Shown: piece by piece, positions 1 through 14,702 of the stretch
Layout of the letters: every line of letters starts with the position of its first letter
Numbering within the stretch: position 1 is the stretch's first letter
Source of the DNA: Azolla caroliniana
Taxonomy: Eukaryota > Plantae > Polypodiophyta
Assembly (NCBI GenBank): GCA_043228905.1
Contig: JBHGNT010000003.1
Location: 24,800,001-24,864,000, forward strand
Reading direction: 5' to 3'
DNA length: 64,000 nucleotides
Position numbers and translations under genes: made by a program
The notes under the pieces: generated by a model
Told to the model about the DNA's origin: nothing
Seen by the model: only the letters and a program-made list of their open reading frames with translations
The model's database searches: none

Positions 1-1105
1 AAATGAAGGCATTCCGCATATTCCAATTGAACCATAGCCCCCAATACCTCAAGAACTCAAAAATAATTTGAAAATGAGGCATCGTTTCATTGTTCTCCAT
101 ATGTGCAAAAACCCAACTGAAGGAAGATAGACTTACTCCTGTTAGAGACATCGACACTAAATTAATACACCTCCAAACTATCCTTGCCATCAGACATGAA
201 ATAAATCGATGCCTACTATGTTCCAATTCCACCGAACAAAAGAAACACAATCCTTTAGTAATGTTTCTTTTTTTTAATGCATCCCCTAATGGTAAAGCTC
301 CAACCATAAATCTCCAAATAAATACCTTGGCTCATAGCATCAATCGAGAACACCAACCTGCCTTAATCATATGAAACCACCAAGTAATGGGCTTATGAAA
401 ACCCCATATCTTTATAACCCTTTCTTCCAACCACTTATGTTTGTCAATCAACTTGTGATAAGCAACATTCGTTGACATCATAGTCAATCTCTTATTTCCA
501 ACAAACCTCCAATCAAGCTCTTGAGATCACCCATCTAAATCAGGAATTGGCTCATGCAAAGATAGTATTTGTTGCAACTTATCCCGAATAAAGTTATAAC
601 CTTTTGGAATACGAAATGTTGATCTTATTGTTCGAAAAGCCATTACTCTTCTTTGAGAAACCAACATAGCATCCTTAATTGTTACCAAACCCAATCTAGC
701 CATCCAATTAAATTGAAGGTTAAGAATTGACATCCCTGTCAGAATTAATTACATTCCACCAATTCGCTTCAACCTTCATGTTTCCAAGCTTTATTCTGTT
801 CTTCTCTATAAAGTATGTCACCATTTCTATCCAAGGTTGTACACCTTCAAACATGAATCGAATGAAAGTAAATTGACGAGCCACCATATGCTCATATAGA
901 TTCAATATTGATGCCCCACCAAGACGCTTCGGAGTACGAACATGATCCCATGCCAACCATGACAATGCACTTTTCCCTTTTCTTTTCCAAAACAACATTT
1001 GCATCGAGCATGACAACATTTCAAGAGCTTTCTTTGACCATGGGATCAAAGGAAGATAATAAGATACCATAGAGACCATAATCAATTGGACCACCGTAAG
1101 TCGTA
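1..1105 (-). mobile_element. Degenerate L1-type LINE fragment (post-RT region plus zf-RVT)
   Basis: ORF 720..1094 has the plant L1 motif WLAWDHVRTPKRLGGASILNL. The minus-strand reading of ~60-350 gives VFIWRFMVGALPLG...CFFCSVELEHSRHRFISC (zf-RVT-like). Broken by stops and frameshifts. Confidence 0.8.
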
Positions 1106-1113
1106 CATGAAAA

Positions 1114-1116
<3 letters not shown>

Positions 1117-1184
<68 letters not shown>
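1117..1184. repeat. (TC)n microsatellite
   Basis: Uninterrupted TC run. Confidence 0.97.
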
Positions 1185-1186
<2 letters not shown>

Positions 1187-1269
1187 GTTTGTGTGAAGAC
1201 TCGTCTGTGTGGAGACAGTAGACTTGGGAGTCATCACTCTAATCTCTATTATCTAACCTAATTAGATCA

Positions 1270-1461
1270 TATAAACGGCTTAACTGGTTTGAACCGGTTT
1301 GGCAAGGCTCGAGCCGAGCCGAGCTCAAACCGTTTAGGCAGGTTCGAGCAGGTTCGAGCAGGTTCGAGCCTAAGCCGAACCACTTAAGCTACTAAGTCGT
1401 TTTAAACCGGTTTAACCAAACGGTTTAGGCTTGAGTCGAGCCGAGTCGTTGCCGATTCCTA
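1270..1461. mobile_element. Probable hAT-type MITE end (subterminal CCGAG/TTCGAG repeats)
   Basis: Clustered gagcc/ggttcgagca/aaccg motifs ending ...gccgattccta (reverse complement TAGGAATCGGC), resembling TAG-initiated plant hAT termini. The other end was not found. Confidence 0.45.
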
Positions 1462-1464
1462 CCC

Positions 1465-1748
1465 TAAATCTACACGGAAAGAGTTTAAAAATGTCCAAAA
1501 ACATTTTCTTATAAAGTTTCCACAAGTTAAGAAACAAACGCCCTACATCCTCCTCCTTGAGATGAGACCGCTTCCCATTGAGATCATGGCCATGAAAAGG
1601 GTTATTGAATACATGCTTAAGGTTCAAAACAGTCCCTCACATCGACTTCCTAGAATTGCATGGAAGCAAGCAAAAAGATCTATAAGACGCATCAAAGCAA
1701 AATTTTGTGTTCTGATTGGATGCAAGATATGGAAATTTGGTTTGGTAG

Positions 1749-1749
<1 letters not shown>
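1465..1749 (+). mobile_element. Degenerate RTE-type LINE fragment (post-RT region)
   Basis: Frames join to LPIEIMAMKRVIEYMLKVQNSPSHRLPRIAW/EASKK...W, comparable to the RRYPRLAL...WYAEMQQWF segment of the RTE copy near 24.9 kb. Confidence 0.55.

Positions 1750-1788
<39 letters not shown>
1750..1788. repeat. (GT)n microsatellite
   Basis: Pure GT run. Confidence 0.95.
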
Positions 1789-1789
<1 letters not shown>

Positions 1790-2219
1790 CAACAAACCAA
1801 CATGCCAATTCAGAAAACCCTTGTCCTCCCAACTGCTTAAGTAAAACACTCTAAGGCAATGTTACGACTTACTATAACCACAAAGGCATGCCTCGCAAAG
1901 ATAAGGCACTCGCAAATCTGAATGACAGAAACTACCCAATCAGTCCTCGTTTTTTAGGCGTCCATCACTAATTTTTGCACTCCCTTGAGACCACCAAACA
2001 AAGAACTCATTTCTTGTTCTTCAAATGTCTATAGGCGCATAATTGAAAGTGGTAGGAAACAAATGTGCTCTCTTGTTGTCCCTAAATTACTTGACCTCAC
2101 ATAGATTTGCACATACATGGGTCAATAGTTGAGACTCGAGCGAAAACAAAGATGAAATAACTCTTATTGTCACCTAAATGAGTTAGCCAACACCAAGCAA
2201 CCTTACCACCCCCCCTCCA

Positions 2220-2878
2220 AGATCAATTGTGATCATCCAGGTGTTAAACCCATGCACAATTTCCGAAATGCTCATAGAATTATGTCTTCATATGACACAT
2301 GTTGCATGCTTTATCAAGTGTTCCTCTGATTTCACATCTCAATGGCACCATACACATAAACATTTTTCTGCGGTTTCATGTGTATATTTATTTGTCTCAA
2401 TATGTAAGTGATGTGAAGAAGTCTTGTCATACTATGGAGCTCATAAGGGCTACATAGTGGGCCACATTCTTCCATTATCCAATTTAATGATAATCAATTC
2501 AGATTCCTCTATTCTTTCCCACTTGGTCATGTCCAATCATAGCCAATCCAAGTATATTTGTGACATATGATTGGAATAACTATTATCAGCATATCCCGTC
2601 AGCTATTTTAATGGCATAAGTGCCAATCTTTAGTACATTTGTGAGCATCAGTTGGATACAAGAAAGAAAGAAAGAAAGATATATTAACGTCTTTTAAGAG
2701 GCCAAAATGGCCTATAAGACCAAATAAGAGATTACATCTTGAGTGTTGTCTTGTCTTTGAGAACAAATAAAAATAAAATAAATACTACACAATAAATATA
2801 AAAGTAAATAAGATGAAAAGAGAAGAAACAAGGGAATCTGTTTTTGGCACATGTGAGATTCTCAAGTTAGGTATATTA
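2220..2878 (-). mobile_element. RTE-type LINE remnants: old internal fragment (~2220-2650) plus young 3' end (2662-2878)
   Basis: 2662 starts gaaagaaagaaagaaagatatattaacgtcttttaagaggccaaaatggcctataagacc, nearly identical to the ends at 23777, 52636 and 54750. 2450-2640 resembles 24680-24950. Confidence 0.8.
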
Positions 2879-4877
2879 ATGTTAACTAGAGTGTATAATA
2901 GCTTGATTTTGATGCACACTTTGACAAAATAGAGTGCAAGGTAAAAATAGATTGTTTTATAGTAATTTTAACCTATAAAAAGTTCATACACAAACAAAGA
3001 AACAATGCAACTATCTTATATCAAATATGCGTCCAAAGTTGAATTCCCACCATCCAATCAAATACATTTCCTTGCCCTATCCACACATGGGCTCCACATG
3101 TCAACCACAAAATGTGTTGCTTTTAATTTACTTGCTTTCATATCAATATCATATTCTCAATTCTTCATCACATTTAACATTCCAGATGCCTTTTCATATT
3201 GATGTTTAGGGGTGCTACTCTTCTAGGGACTTGTGTCAATCTCGGAAGTATGGCCATAGACTTAGAGAGACATCATACATTAAGAGCACAAAACAAGAGT
3301 CAGTTGGTTTTCATCAACGCTTCTTCCACTACAGGTCAGCCTATGAGAGCGCATCCCGAACTTGTCCACGTTAATGCTATAGGTGACTTCTTTAGGAGGC
3401 AATTTTTCTTTTCGAGTTGGTCCTTGTGGATGGTTCTATTAAGGAATGCCCTAGTCATGGTGTGACAACATGAAGACATAGGATGCTCTTGTGGAAATTT
3501 CAATGCTTCTTGAGAATCCAAACTTATGAGTCATGACAAATTAAGATGCACCTTTCACATAACTAGGATTTCATCCTATGGTATCTATCTGAATTGTTCA
3601 CTAGGATATATGTATACTTCAATCATTAGATCATCGATGAGGGAGTGGCCGCCTTGTATCAACATAAATGTGAGCATCGCCATATGACTTCAAAGATATA
3701 TATATCTTGTGTGTAGGTTCCATACACCTCTATGAAAGATGTCTCCATATGTTCTCTATTTTAATGTTTTAATTCCATGTTGACTTGATTTATAAGGGTA
3801 TATTTAATAGGAAATGGTGCTTATGTAAAACCAGAGTTCACCGCGTCTCATTTGTTGAAGAATCCTTTTTAATCTTCATTTTTATGTCTCGTATCTAATC
3901 CCTCCATGCAAGCCCTCCACATTCATTAGACTTACTAAAATGAGAGAATGAAGCAACTAGTTTAACTATGACTCGTACTCACAACTTATCACATTTTCCA
4001 AAAAGACGTAACCCATGTTTAGCTAGTTGTGGACCTCCTTGACTCATCAATGACAATGTAATCAAATGCTTTGGTAGACAACCCATTGAAAACATGCAAT
4101 AATATCCATCAAAAACTTATGTTTTAAAGCTTGTTACATTTTTGTTTTATATGAACAAAAGAAATCCCCAAAACTGTTTGCACAAATAATGATGAAGCCT
4201 TAAAGTTTCTTGAACATCAATTAAATCTACATCACAATATTACTTGCAAAATGTTATATGTATAAATCCAGGAGTATGCTCTCTCACGTTGACAAAAAGA
4301 ACAAGTTTTTGTGAGCTTTTTTATTTGTTTTGTTTTGTATATTGTCTTCAGCAACTTCTATATAGTAAAATTGAGAAAGCAAGATGTAAAAGAGAAAAGA
4401 ATAAGATTGTTGATTGGTTTGCTTGCCAAGAGGGAGACAGGAAGGAATTTTTCCAGCATTCACTTCTCAAATTGTTTTTTATTTGTTTTGATTCTTTTAA
4501 TACGAACTGCATGCAAACAAATGTTATATCAACTAGAAAAACCTTTTGTTGTTTTTTGTTTCTATTTTATTTTATTTTATTTTTTGTTTTTATTAAGCTA
4601 GAGAATATGTGGATTGTTTCTTTTTTTAATTCTTGAAAAGATGAGAGATGGTAAGAAAAGATGATATCAACTTGAAAAACTAACTTGGAAAGTGTTTCCA
4701 TTATTATTATTTTCACTTTGTTTTTCATTTATTTTGGTTTTAAAGTAGAGAGATAGACTAGAAAAACATTTCTTAACTAACAGAAAGAATACAAGAAAAA
4801 AAGTAACAAAACAGGTGAGAAATTTACTAACAAGTAAATGTTTTCAGATCTTACATGATGTGAGGAGTACTGTCAGT

Positions 4878-7800
4878 TTATATAGCTTTCATCATAGGGA
4901 TCCCTGTGACAGTTATCTCTTGATTTGGTAGCTGATATCCTATGTTGAGATCCTCTAATTGTTGTTTTAAAAACAGCAACATATTGCTTCTTCTTTGAAA
5001 CCTCTCACCCATGTCCTGATCAAATAGGAGAATAATCCTCTCTTTAATTTATAAATGTTGCACTTTCAGTAGAAACCATTACCTGTTTCTTGTTATCATG
5101 AAGATCTGACCTTTCTCAAGTAATACAATTTTACATCACTCACCTAGTGAGAGAATCTCAATACAAGATGAGATATAAACCATAAACCCTCATGCGAAAA
5201 ACGTATACATTGATGCCCTAATGTGAAACACATGGACTGATTAGAAGAAACAGATGTATGTTCTTCAGTACCTTGTGTGAACATAGTAAGAACAAAAAGA
5301 GTGTAGCCACCATCTTAGCTTTTGACTTTTTCAAGAGGTGGTATATCGTTAGGGTTGACTATAGTATTATTGGACGAAATGAGGGGTGGACTTTCCATGG
5401 AAAAACAACGAATTCATCAAATTTCATGGTATTAAGCAAATTTTGTCACCTTTATTTCTTTTACTTTACTATAAGCCAAGATGTATTCCTGTTCAGAAGT
5501 ATATGAAACCCAACAAGTCACCCAAAACGCACTGTACTACGTATTTCTGCACCTTACAAAATCAATAGAAATCATCTAGAGTGACAACATAGGTAGTATG
5601 TACAAGAAACACTGAGGGCTATAACGCCAATTATGCTGTGTCAACTAGAGATATTATGTGCATGGCTTGAAAGAAATTGCCATCATCCAAAGGAGATATC
5701 AGTCTCTTGCATATTAAACTGATCACCAAGATTTAGGATGATGTGAAAAGTTCACTTATTATTGGATTATGTGAAAAATGACCCATCAACTTGTTTTCAA
5801 GGGCCTGTACATTAACTGTATATAAAATCCATCAGGATTTTTACTTTTGTCTGATTTGTAGGATATTACAAAAGTAATATATAGAACAGCAGGCATCAAC
5901 CGAAGGCTCTCCAAAAGGAGGGCTGAGAAGAGCCAACCTTAAGAAACCACTTTCGAGTAATACATGTATCACCATGCCAAGATATGATGTAGGTAACAGC
6001 AAAGTCAAACATTAGGCATGACCAAGAGCCAACTGAAGCATTCAATTGAACCTTTTTGAATGTTAGAGAAGTATGAATCAACTCACTCTAGTCATATTAG
6101 TGGATCATATATAAAAGAAATCCTCCCTAGATCCATCTCCATTATGGTCTTTGCATTCAAGAGTTGTGAAACAAGTGTTAGGTATTAATCATGGCAAACC
6201 TGGTAGTTGATTCGATGTCTCATCCAAATCATCAGGTTCACCTTGTTACAATCGAGAACTTTATCGCATATAACACGAAATTCTGGATACCAAAATTGTG
6301 GCAAACTCTCAATGTATCGTTGCATTCTCTCCTTCAGAATCCCTAGTTTTTCAACTGGAGTTTTCATGTGAATCTGGAAGTCAATCGAATCACCCATATC
6401 TGGACTTCTATAGTAATTTATGAGTGTTTTTTGAGTGAGAATGGAATTCGGATAATATATCTTCTCGTTTATAGGCCTGAGCAACAAAACAATAAAACTG
6501 TTAAGGAGATTTAAAATATTAAACCCATGAATCAAGAAAAAATGTGAAGATGCTAAACATGAGTGGTCTTTGGGAAGATGATGTATGAGTTCTTTTAAGT
6601 TTCTGATGAAGGTTTATTGATGCTGGCCCAAGTAATTTGCTGAAGGTGAGATCGTAACTCTTTAACTGGTGATTCTTTTTCATTGTACCAACTTTTCCTT
6701 TTAGGACATGTGGACCCTCACATAGTAAATGTTGCATTCAATACTCGATGAGAGTAATCAAAGGCTGATCGACCATTATGAGAGTGTTTCATAAGCTGAT
6801 TCACTAGTGCATGGTGTACCTCTCCCTCATCTACTTTTTCTGTATTATGAACTTTTGAAGGCAAGAGTTGCTGTGATAAATTGTCTTCATGAATCAATAG
6901 AAAATTGATAGGATTAATTCCCACTACAGGTCTACATACACCTTTTCTATAATATCTTCAAAGTTCAAACTAAGTGTGCAATATTATATGAAAAATGTTG
7001 AAGCAAAAAAATGATGATGTTTTTTCGAATGTTACGCCACAGACTTGCTTACCCTAGGAAAATCGTATTGAGGATATTCATCTCCTGCAATAGAACACAA
7101 GCTACTTCAATGATTACCAACTAAAACAAATATAGCAAACAAATTACGGCATTGCATTCTGAAGGCAGAAAATGCATTTTTCTTTCATTGTCCTTTAGAA
7201 ATTAGAATTATAAATTGGCCTGTGGTAATAAAGCTTGTGCTTTACAACCTTAAGGCACTCAATAGCATTTGATCTAATGTTATGTTTGTTATAACCTACC
7301 TACAAATTGAATTTTTGAGAGTCTGTAAACTCAAATATTACTCTATGAAATTAGGCTGCAAAAATCATTGAACTTTAGCTTCGAAAGCAGGACACATACC
7401 TCAACAATCATACTCTGCCCGTCAACAAAAATCCTATCGCCCACATCAAATGGGTGTACAACAAAAAGGAATATGAGAGATTCAAACGTAGACCTTGCAG
7501 AATTTCCAAAAATAAATACAGATGGAATGAATACTGATGTGAAAAACACAAGAAGTCTCGATGTTTCAATGCCAAAAATAAGAAGGAACACGATAATCAA
7601 AGCTAAAAACAGCACCTGAAGTGAAAAAACAAAAACATGCGATGTTAGTTCATTACCTGTCAGAACATTATCTTTCTTTTATTGATAAAAATAATCATTC
7701 TTTTTATTTCACTTACAAAATCAAGAACTTTGTGCAGCTTTGCAACAACAGTTTTGTTATCACTTAGTGTCAATGCTAAAGCACGACGTTCAGTAAAAAC

Positions 7801-10800
7801 TGACATAACCCACTTGGCTAGTGATTTTTTAGTTATTTCACCAGCTTCATTGATTTCAAAAAGTGAAAAAGCTCTGATTGCCTGATCCTCAGGTAGAAAA
7901 TACAGGAAATCGTTTATTGTGAGACACTTTTTGCCAGGCCGAGCCATATTATAGAATATCTGGAAACAGAAAGAAAAATTGGCGTCATGATTATCTCTCA
8001 CCTCAAAGAGTCTATATAATTCATTTACATAATATAAGACATCACTTACCTATCTTTGGGTTAGTGCATCAAACTATCTTATACATAGTACGCATGCATG
8101 GTTATATGCTTAGATTCTGTTTGCAATCAGGCAATTCCCACATCCTGTACCCAACCAAGTTTATTCTTGTTCTATAATAGTGTGCCATACTAACTACACG
8201 GATTCTACACTGAAGATACTAGAGTAAAGCATTCAACATAACAAAAGACAATTACTCCAAGCCCTCGAAATTTCCCTTTCAACAATGAATATTGTAGTCA
8301 TGCAAAAATAGTATCCTATTTATTCCATACAACTGCAAGATATTTTACGGATATCAAGAACAAAAGTAAACTGATGATCCAATAGTTTAATTATGTTACA
8401 TTCTTTTGAGAAGAAGCATAGGAAATATATGATACCATGCCATTTCTCTACCATAACTATTGCAATTCTTGTTACACCAGTGCATTCCCCGCTCCCCGCC
8501 CAGCCAGCCAACCGATATTTCATCCAGAAGAGATATTTGCTAGCTAATCCGCTTTCATTGAATTTTCTAGATAAAAATGCCACTTATTGGATTCAAGATC
8601 AAAATGGTGATGAATGTCAAGCATACATACAAGGGTTCTGTCAGAGAACTGTTCCCACCTTAAGTCACTGTTTTCCCGTTGGCTACAGCCCTTCTAGGCA
8701 GAGTACCTTGGGCAGTTTTATTAATTTATACTCCAAGATGAGACAACATTTTGCATGTAATGTCTCATCAGTCTTATAGACTATTTTTGGCTTCTTGAGA
8801 GGTGTCAATATATCTTTGTAGGCATCTATACAGTACTTCCACTTGAGCATAGAAGAGAACTCTTGAAAAACACAAGTCATATGTTTCGTATCAGAGGAGG
8901 TTCTCTTGAAATGTTTAATGGGTTCTATTGATCATGATACTGGCCTTTAACAGACAACAATATTTCATGATTGGCTGCTACCTATAGACTCCAACATAGC
9001 CTTCTTTGCATCTCCTTGTAAAAGTCATTGCATCAAATCAAGGCTAGAACTAAAAATTCTACTCTCAGACCCTATTACTCATGCACAATAGAGTAAACAG
9101 AAACCTTCAATTCAAATTCCAATACCATAGAACTGGATGCAATCTTAAAACTATAAATAATCATAAATACATAATAATCATCCCAAACAGCTTCCATGAC
9201 CATCCATAAATGTGTATCCTTTCAGACAACTCAGGCTTTGAACTTACCATGATGAATAGGGGATGTCCGCAGTTTAATGTTTCCACAATGAGGTATAACA
9301 GAGTTCAATATGCATATTCGTCCTAACATAGATTCTGAATTGCTGCCCCGGTTCCTGAGTTATTTCCTTCAGAGTTTTTTATTTATATGAATGAAAAAGT
9401 ACTCGCCTGCTTAGCTGCAGCCTTGGCCTCATCTTCACTGCCAATTTCCCCCTCCTTTGTCTCATTTGATATGATGGACGAGTATGTAGAGATATTTGTC
9501 TTCCGTATAGTCTTCATTAAACTTTTGAGAGTCCAGACAGAAACAGTCTACGACATCCAATAACATGTCAATGGATATTTGATATTTCTTAAGGATTTGA
9601 ACTGCATTAGAGGGTATGTTTACTAGATATTAAGCAGAGACTACCATACATCTGAGGTCAACTCTTGGAGCTTGTTTTGCTCAATAGGAACTGTTCTTTC
9701 CATAACAGTTTTTTGCCTCTTTAACGTTTGCGAAGCTAAGGAAGCAGGCACAGGAAGGTCTCCCACTTCAACAGTGGTATATGCAGGTGTCTCCCCATTG
9801 CTTATAACACTTTGTGTATTTTTCTTCTTTTCATTTTCCACGATCATTGACTGCTTTTGGAGTTCATCATTATTGGGTTCAATATCTATTGTAGGAGGTC
9901 CAGACAATACTTCTAGAAGGTGTTGATTGAATACGCAATCTTGAATCCTGTCAAAATATGCTTTTCGATGAAAGTTGTTTGCTGCTATTTTTACTGCTAG
10001 AACCTTGAACATCATTGAAACTGAAGCAGTGAATAAACACCAAAGGATCTGTGTGACATTTGAGATTTGTTAATGACAACAATGAAAGCTAATGTGGAGC
10101 TAAGTTATTGGAAGATTCAGTTTTGGCAGACTTTCACAAACCTTTGTCAAGATATTGACAAGTAAATTGTCTTCAAGGTCGAAGAAGATGCTCTCCCAAA
10201 CAGCAAGGATTAATGCTAGCCATATACAATTCTTCACGGATCCTCTTAACCCATACACGAAATACAGCACTCTTTTCTTCAAAGCATATTGCCTCGAAAT
10301 CAACATTTCTAGCAGCTTCATGAAGAATAAATAGACTTAAGTTCTGATGATGAATTTGCCAAATTCATAATGCCAAAAATAGTTTACAAAAATGTCAAGC
10401 ACTCATGCCGTACTTATGTGGATCTCTTTTATCAGATAGAGGATACTTATGAATCAGGTGAATCAAATCTGTGAGAAAAAGCACCACTATATCGCAAAGG
10501 GAATTAATCACAGCCTCTTTTATGATGATTTGGTGGCAAAACAAGTTTCCTAGACACCATGTGGTACATGTTAATGTCATCTTCTTCTAGGACTTCGATA
10601 GGCACTATTTTTATGGTCAGGGGTATGACAGGCCAGTCAGAGGCAGCAAGATGGATCAGTGCATCATTATTGACCTCACACACTATTCGTTCAGCAATTC
10701 TCAATTTTTGTTAGATCTTTCTACTACGAAAGGAAAATTAATTGAAATCTTAGTTTGAACATAAATATGCAAGTGAAAAACAGTTTTGCAGAGTTCAAAA

Positions 10801-11941
10801 AATATTCAAGCACTTCAGATATGTCCAGTTCGTCCAATTTATGAAAATCTGCTCGTGAGGAAGACTTCTACATGTTCATGACAGGAAATATGTACATATG
10901 AATGCACAAAGGTTTGTGGTTATTTCTGTCCTAGCCTGTATATGCTACAAATTACAATTCATAGATTAAGGACCCTGTAGACAGTAAAAAATAGGCAAAA
11001 GACGTAGAGGTTTCATGTGATTATGAATAATAATAATATAATCCAGGAATTTAAATGAGCTGTATATGTACCTTAACAACCCAGCCAGACAAAAGGTGGC
11101 CACAGAGAACAACAAGTATAAGTGAATCCCAGCGCCACAAATGGAGAGTGAAAAAGATTGTGTCTCTTAAGACCCCTATTTTATAAGAAAGGGGTAAAAA
11201 TGCAACCAAGATAAGAAGCACAAGCAGCTGTAAATATATAAGACACTTATTCTCCTTCATTTTCTTCTTTTTCTTGGCTGGAATACCATCTTCATCTACC
11301 ATATCGCATTCTTCTTCTGGCATATGATCATGAGCATTGTTTTCTGAATCCCCAGCATCAGCATTTTCTATTTCATTTTTTGCCTTTAAATTTTGCTCTT
11401 CATTAGGTGCTTTTGAAGATTTTGTTCTATTAAGAACAGTTGATCTGCAATTTGTGAGTTGTCTTTGTACTGCCGGTGTAAGGCGTGGTGAATCTTGCAG
11501 CCTTGTTCGGTTTTTACTAGGCACCATAGACATTCTTCTAACAAGTGATGGCATCTTCTTTTCACGATCATCACTATCACTATCACTTGACATATCGTCA
11601 TTGTGGGTTGTATCAAAATGAGTTTTAGTATCAGGCTTAGCATTGCGAAGACCAGGATTATTACCACCTATGTTGTTTGATTTTGAATTCTCCTCCTTAC
11701 TAGAAAGGAATTGCGAAGAGTTCGCATTAGAGGCATTGGTTTGTCCCTCGGTTATGCTCGTTATAAAATCATTCTGTCCAGCTGCCGCTGCAATGATAAC
11801 TAAAGGAGTTGTTTGATCGCTACCGCCAAAATCACAATCCATCAATGTATTCTCTTCTTCTCTATGTGCATCTGTCCAAACTACAGTCTTCTCTCCATTA
11901 TTATTTGCATCCTTGATATTTTGTGTGCTGCTCGTTGACAT
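4878..11941 (-). CDS. MSL: Mechanosensitive channel of small conductance-like protein (MSL4-10/MSL10 group), about 829 aa
   Basis: Exons: 11941-11072, 10315-10142, 10048-9650, 9547-9407 (GC donor), 7959-7717, 7615-7400, 7084-7053 (32 nt), 6476-6200, 5015-4878; total 2490 nt in frame. Motifs: KRVLYFVYGL, FHRKAYFDRIQD, ERRALALTLSDNKTVV, FIFGNS..FESLIFLFVVHPFDVGDR, EKIYYPNS, NYYRSPDMGDSIDF, NYQ/DMGER. Confidence 0.93.
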
Positions 11942-14224
11942 TGTTTACATCACAAAACATGTCATGCCTTTCTCGAGAAGAGGAAAGACAAAAAGAGGCA
12001 GCATGTTGAGAAATATCTCATTCATGTGTCATGATGTTTGCCATGAGACCTGCAAACAATCCATCAACAGCCCATTTAACAATTTTACACGATTCAAAAA
12101 GAGGAAAAATAAACATTTCAAAGCCTAAAATCCTTCAAGATATACTATTCCTAAATTCTTTTGAGCACCAGATGATTATCTACTGGAATAGCTTGTTTAA
12201 GTATCCTTTTTCTGAAAGAACCATTTCGCCATCTAAAATCCTCCAAGATATTATTCATTCTGACCATTGGTACAGGAACTAAACAATTATCTATTGAAAT
12301 TAATAAAAACGTACGCGAACTATTTTTCCTAATGCAATTATCTATTGGCCATTGTACTGCCTCATAAAAAAAAGCAATTGTAACTGCGCCTAAACTAGGT
12401 AGCTATCCTCATGTAATTGCAAGGTTGTGATCAAAGTAAAATAGCATTGGGAAATAATATACGAGCCGTACTGTAATATTGGGGGTGCAACATACACAAA
12501 AAAAAAGAAACTGAGAGAGGTTGGTGGTGAGTAGATCAGCCCATGAGCACTCTTGTAGGACAATGCAGTATGATACTCGGGTGTCTGGAGTAGGCCAGCT
12601 GTGCTTCTGAGTCAAACTCTGCAAGATGTTGGTGGTTCTGCTCACTCTGAGGGCAGTTGGCGCAGTCCCCAACGAGAAGTCTGGCATCTGCCTTTATACA
12701 AGCCCTTCACGTGTTGGCCTCATCCCCTCTGCAAATCTTTGAATATCTAGTGGAAGCAGCCCCAAAATGTTTGACCATAAAAAGCATAAGGAAGTGGTAC
12801 AAATTCCTTCCAAACAGGAAGATCTCTATATGGTCTATGGCCCATGCCTGTTTGTAAAGACATGCACCAGTTTACTCTGGACAGATAGATGTAGGATATT
12901 TCTAAAGACTATACATTGCCATTTACTCAACAACACATCAATGCATATGCAGCAAACTTCCAGATGTACACAGGTACAATTGAGATTATTTTTTTCACCC
13001 TTAATCAGAGAAGAGCTCAAACACAATACCAAAAAATGTGGTGTATAAGGCCAATGAGGCATATTACACATGGATTCAGATATCCAATTGGAATTTAGAG
13101 ATCTGTATATGCATATGTCCCACCAATCAATTCATGGTTTGCACATACTAGAGTGTCAGTTTTATATATATACACGAAAATGTTATGCGGTCCGCAATCA
13201 TGGGCAATATTCTACTAGCCTGGGACTTCCTGCACATGAACAAATCATAAAGTTTGACATGAGTGAGGAAATGTATGGGAAAATCATGATCAATGAGGTG
13301 GAATTGGAAAGATAACGCTCACACAAACTCCCTCTATGCCATCCCTGATCAACAACTAACTCTAAAGATCATCTTATAAGAAGGCACATCAAACAAGACG
13401 AGGATACGCTTTCTTTTCTGTCAGTTTCTGTGAACCCTTGGCCATAGTATTACACCCTAGTATTATGTAAAGATTTGAGGGTCGTATTTGAAGTATTTAC
13501 AGAACTGCCGTGGGTTCATCAATGTAATAACATACGGAAAATAGGTTCATGCAAGATATTTACGGTTATTGGAGTCTATACAAAACTGCAACAGGACTAA
13601 GCAATATATATGCCTTTCTTTAGCCAAGTTTTTGCTCCCAATGGGCTCCCATGAGTCATAGCTAGTACTCCCAGAGTGAACCACATGGATGTCCACTCTC
13701 ACCTCCTCTCGTATATATATTAATGGGATACCCAAACCAAATGGACAAATTTGGCAGGGAACGACCAACCCTCGCATGGACGCTCACAAAATGGCCTAGA
13801 TAGTTCACCTTTGAAGAAGTCTACCTACTTATGATTACATATGAGTACATGTTTAATGATTTCATGGTGTTCAATCTTCACATCATTTAGCCATGGACCA
13901 TATCATGCCTCTTCCTTTCTTTCTCTAGTTGGTGTTTCAAATTAAAAGAAAAGATTAATTCATCAATATGTTTCCGAATAAGCAGCAATGCATCATATTG
14001 TATCATAACGTTCTTGTTACAATATATTTTCATAGCAATATCTGCAATAAAATAGCTTATCAGAAAACCTAGTGAGAATTGAACTTCATTTCCTATAAAT
14101 TTGCCTAGTTTTCCCGTTATTTTCTATTAATTCATGCATGAAAAGGGACTGTTCCAATATATATTCATAGCATCATTTGGAATTCATCTCTACAGCATTA
14201 CATCATAATGCCTTGTTCCACAAT

Positions 14225-14345
14225 ATGAAAATATATACGTATGTATATATGTACATATAGTGTATATACGTATGCATGTAAGTGTATATATACAATGTGT
14301 GTGTGTGTGTGTGTGTCTATATGTATGTATGCATGTAAATATGTG
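14225..14345. repeat. Mixed (TA)/(TG)/(TATG) microsatellite
   Basis: Low-complexity TA/TG tract including (TG)n at ~14295-14316. Confidence 0.85.
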
Positions 14346-14702
14346 ATACATGTAAGTACTGAAGGAAATGAGATGATAACTGATAGAACATATCTCTATT
14401 GACAATGTGGAAGAAATTGTGACATTGAAACTAAAAGTAAAAAACTTTGTTGTGGTCATGGAATCAGTGCAATGCTTAATCTGAGCAAATGAAAAAAAAA
14501 AGTCTGTATTTTTCGTTGGGATTAAGGGTAATTATTTGAGTGAGGGAAAAAGGAAAGTAAAAAAATCGGCATTGGACATGGAAACAAAATGTAATGCTTA
14601 CAACAAAGCAAAAAAAAAATCCGAAAAAGAGAGGAAAACAGGATTTTTTTGAATTTCATTTGACAGAGAAAACAATGAGAAGATGAAGAGAGGGGTTATT
14701 AC

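Noticed and set aside
4244-4636. 130-aa and 96-aa ORFs
   Set aside because: T-rich low-complexity sequence downstream of MSL, no protein motifs
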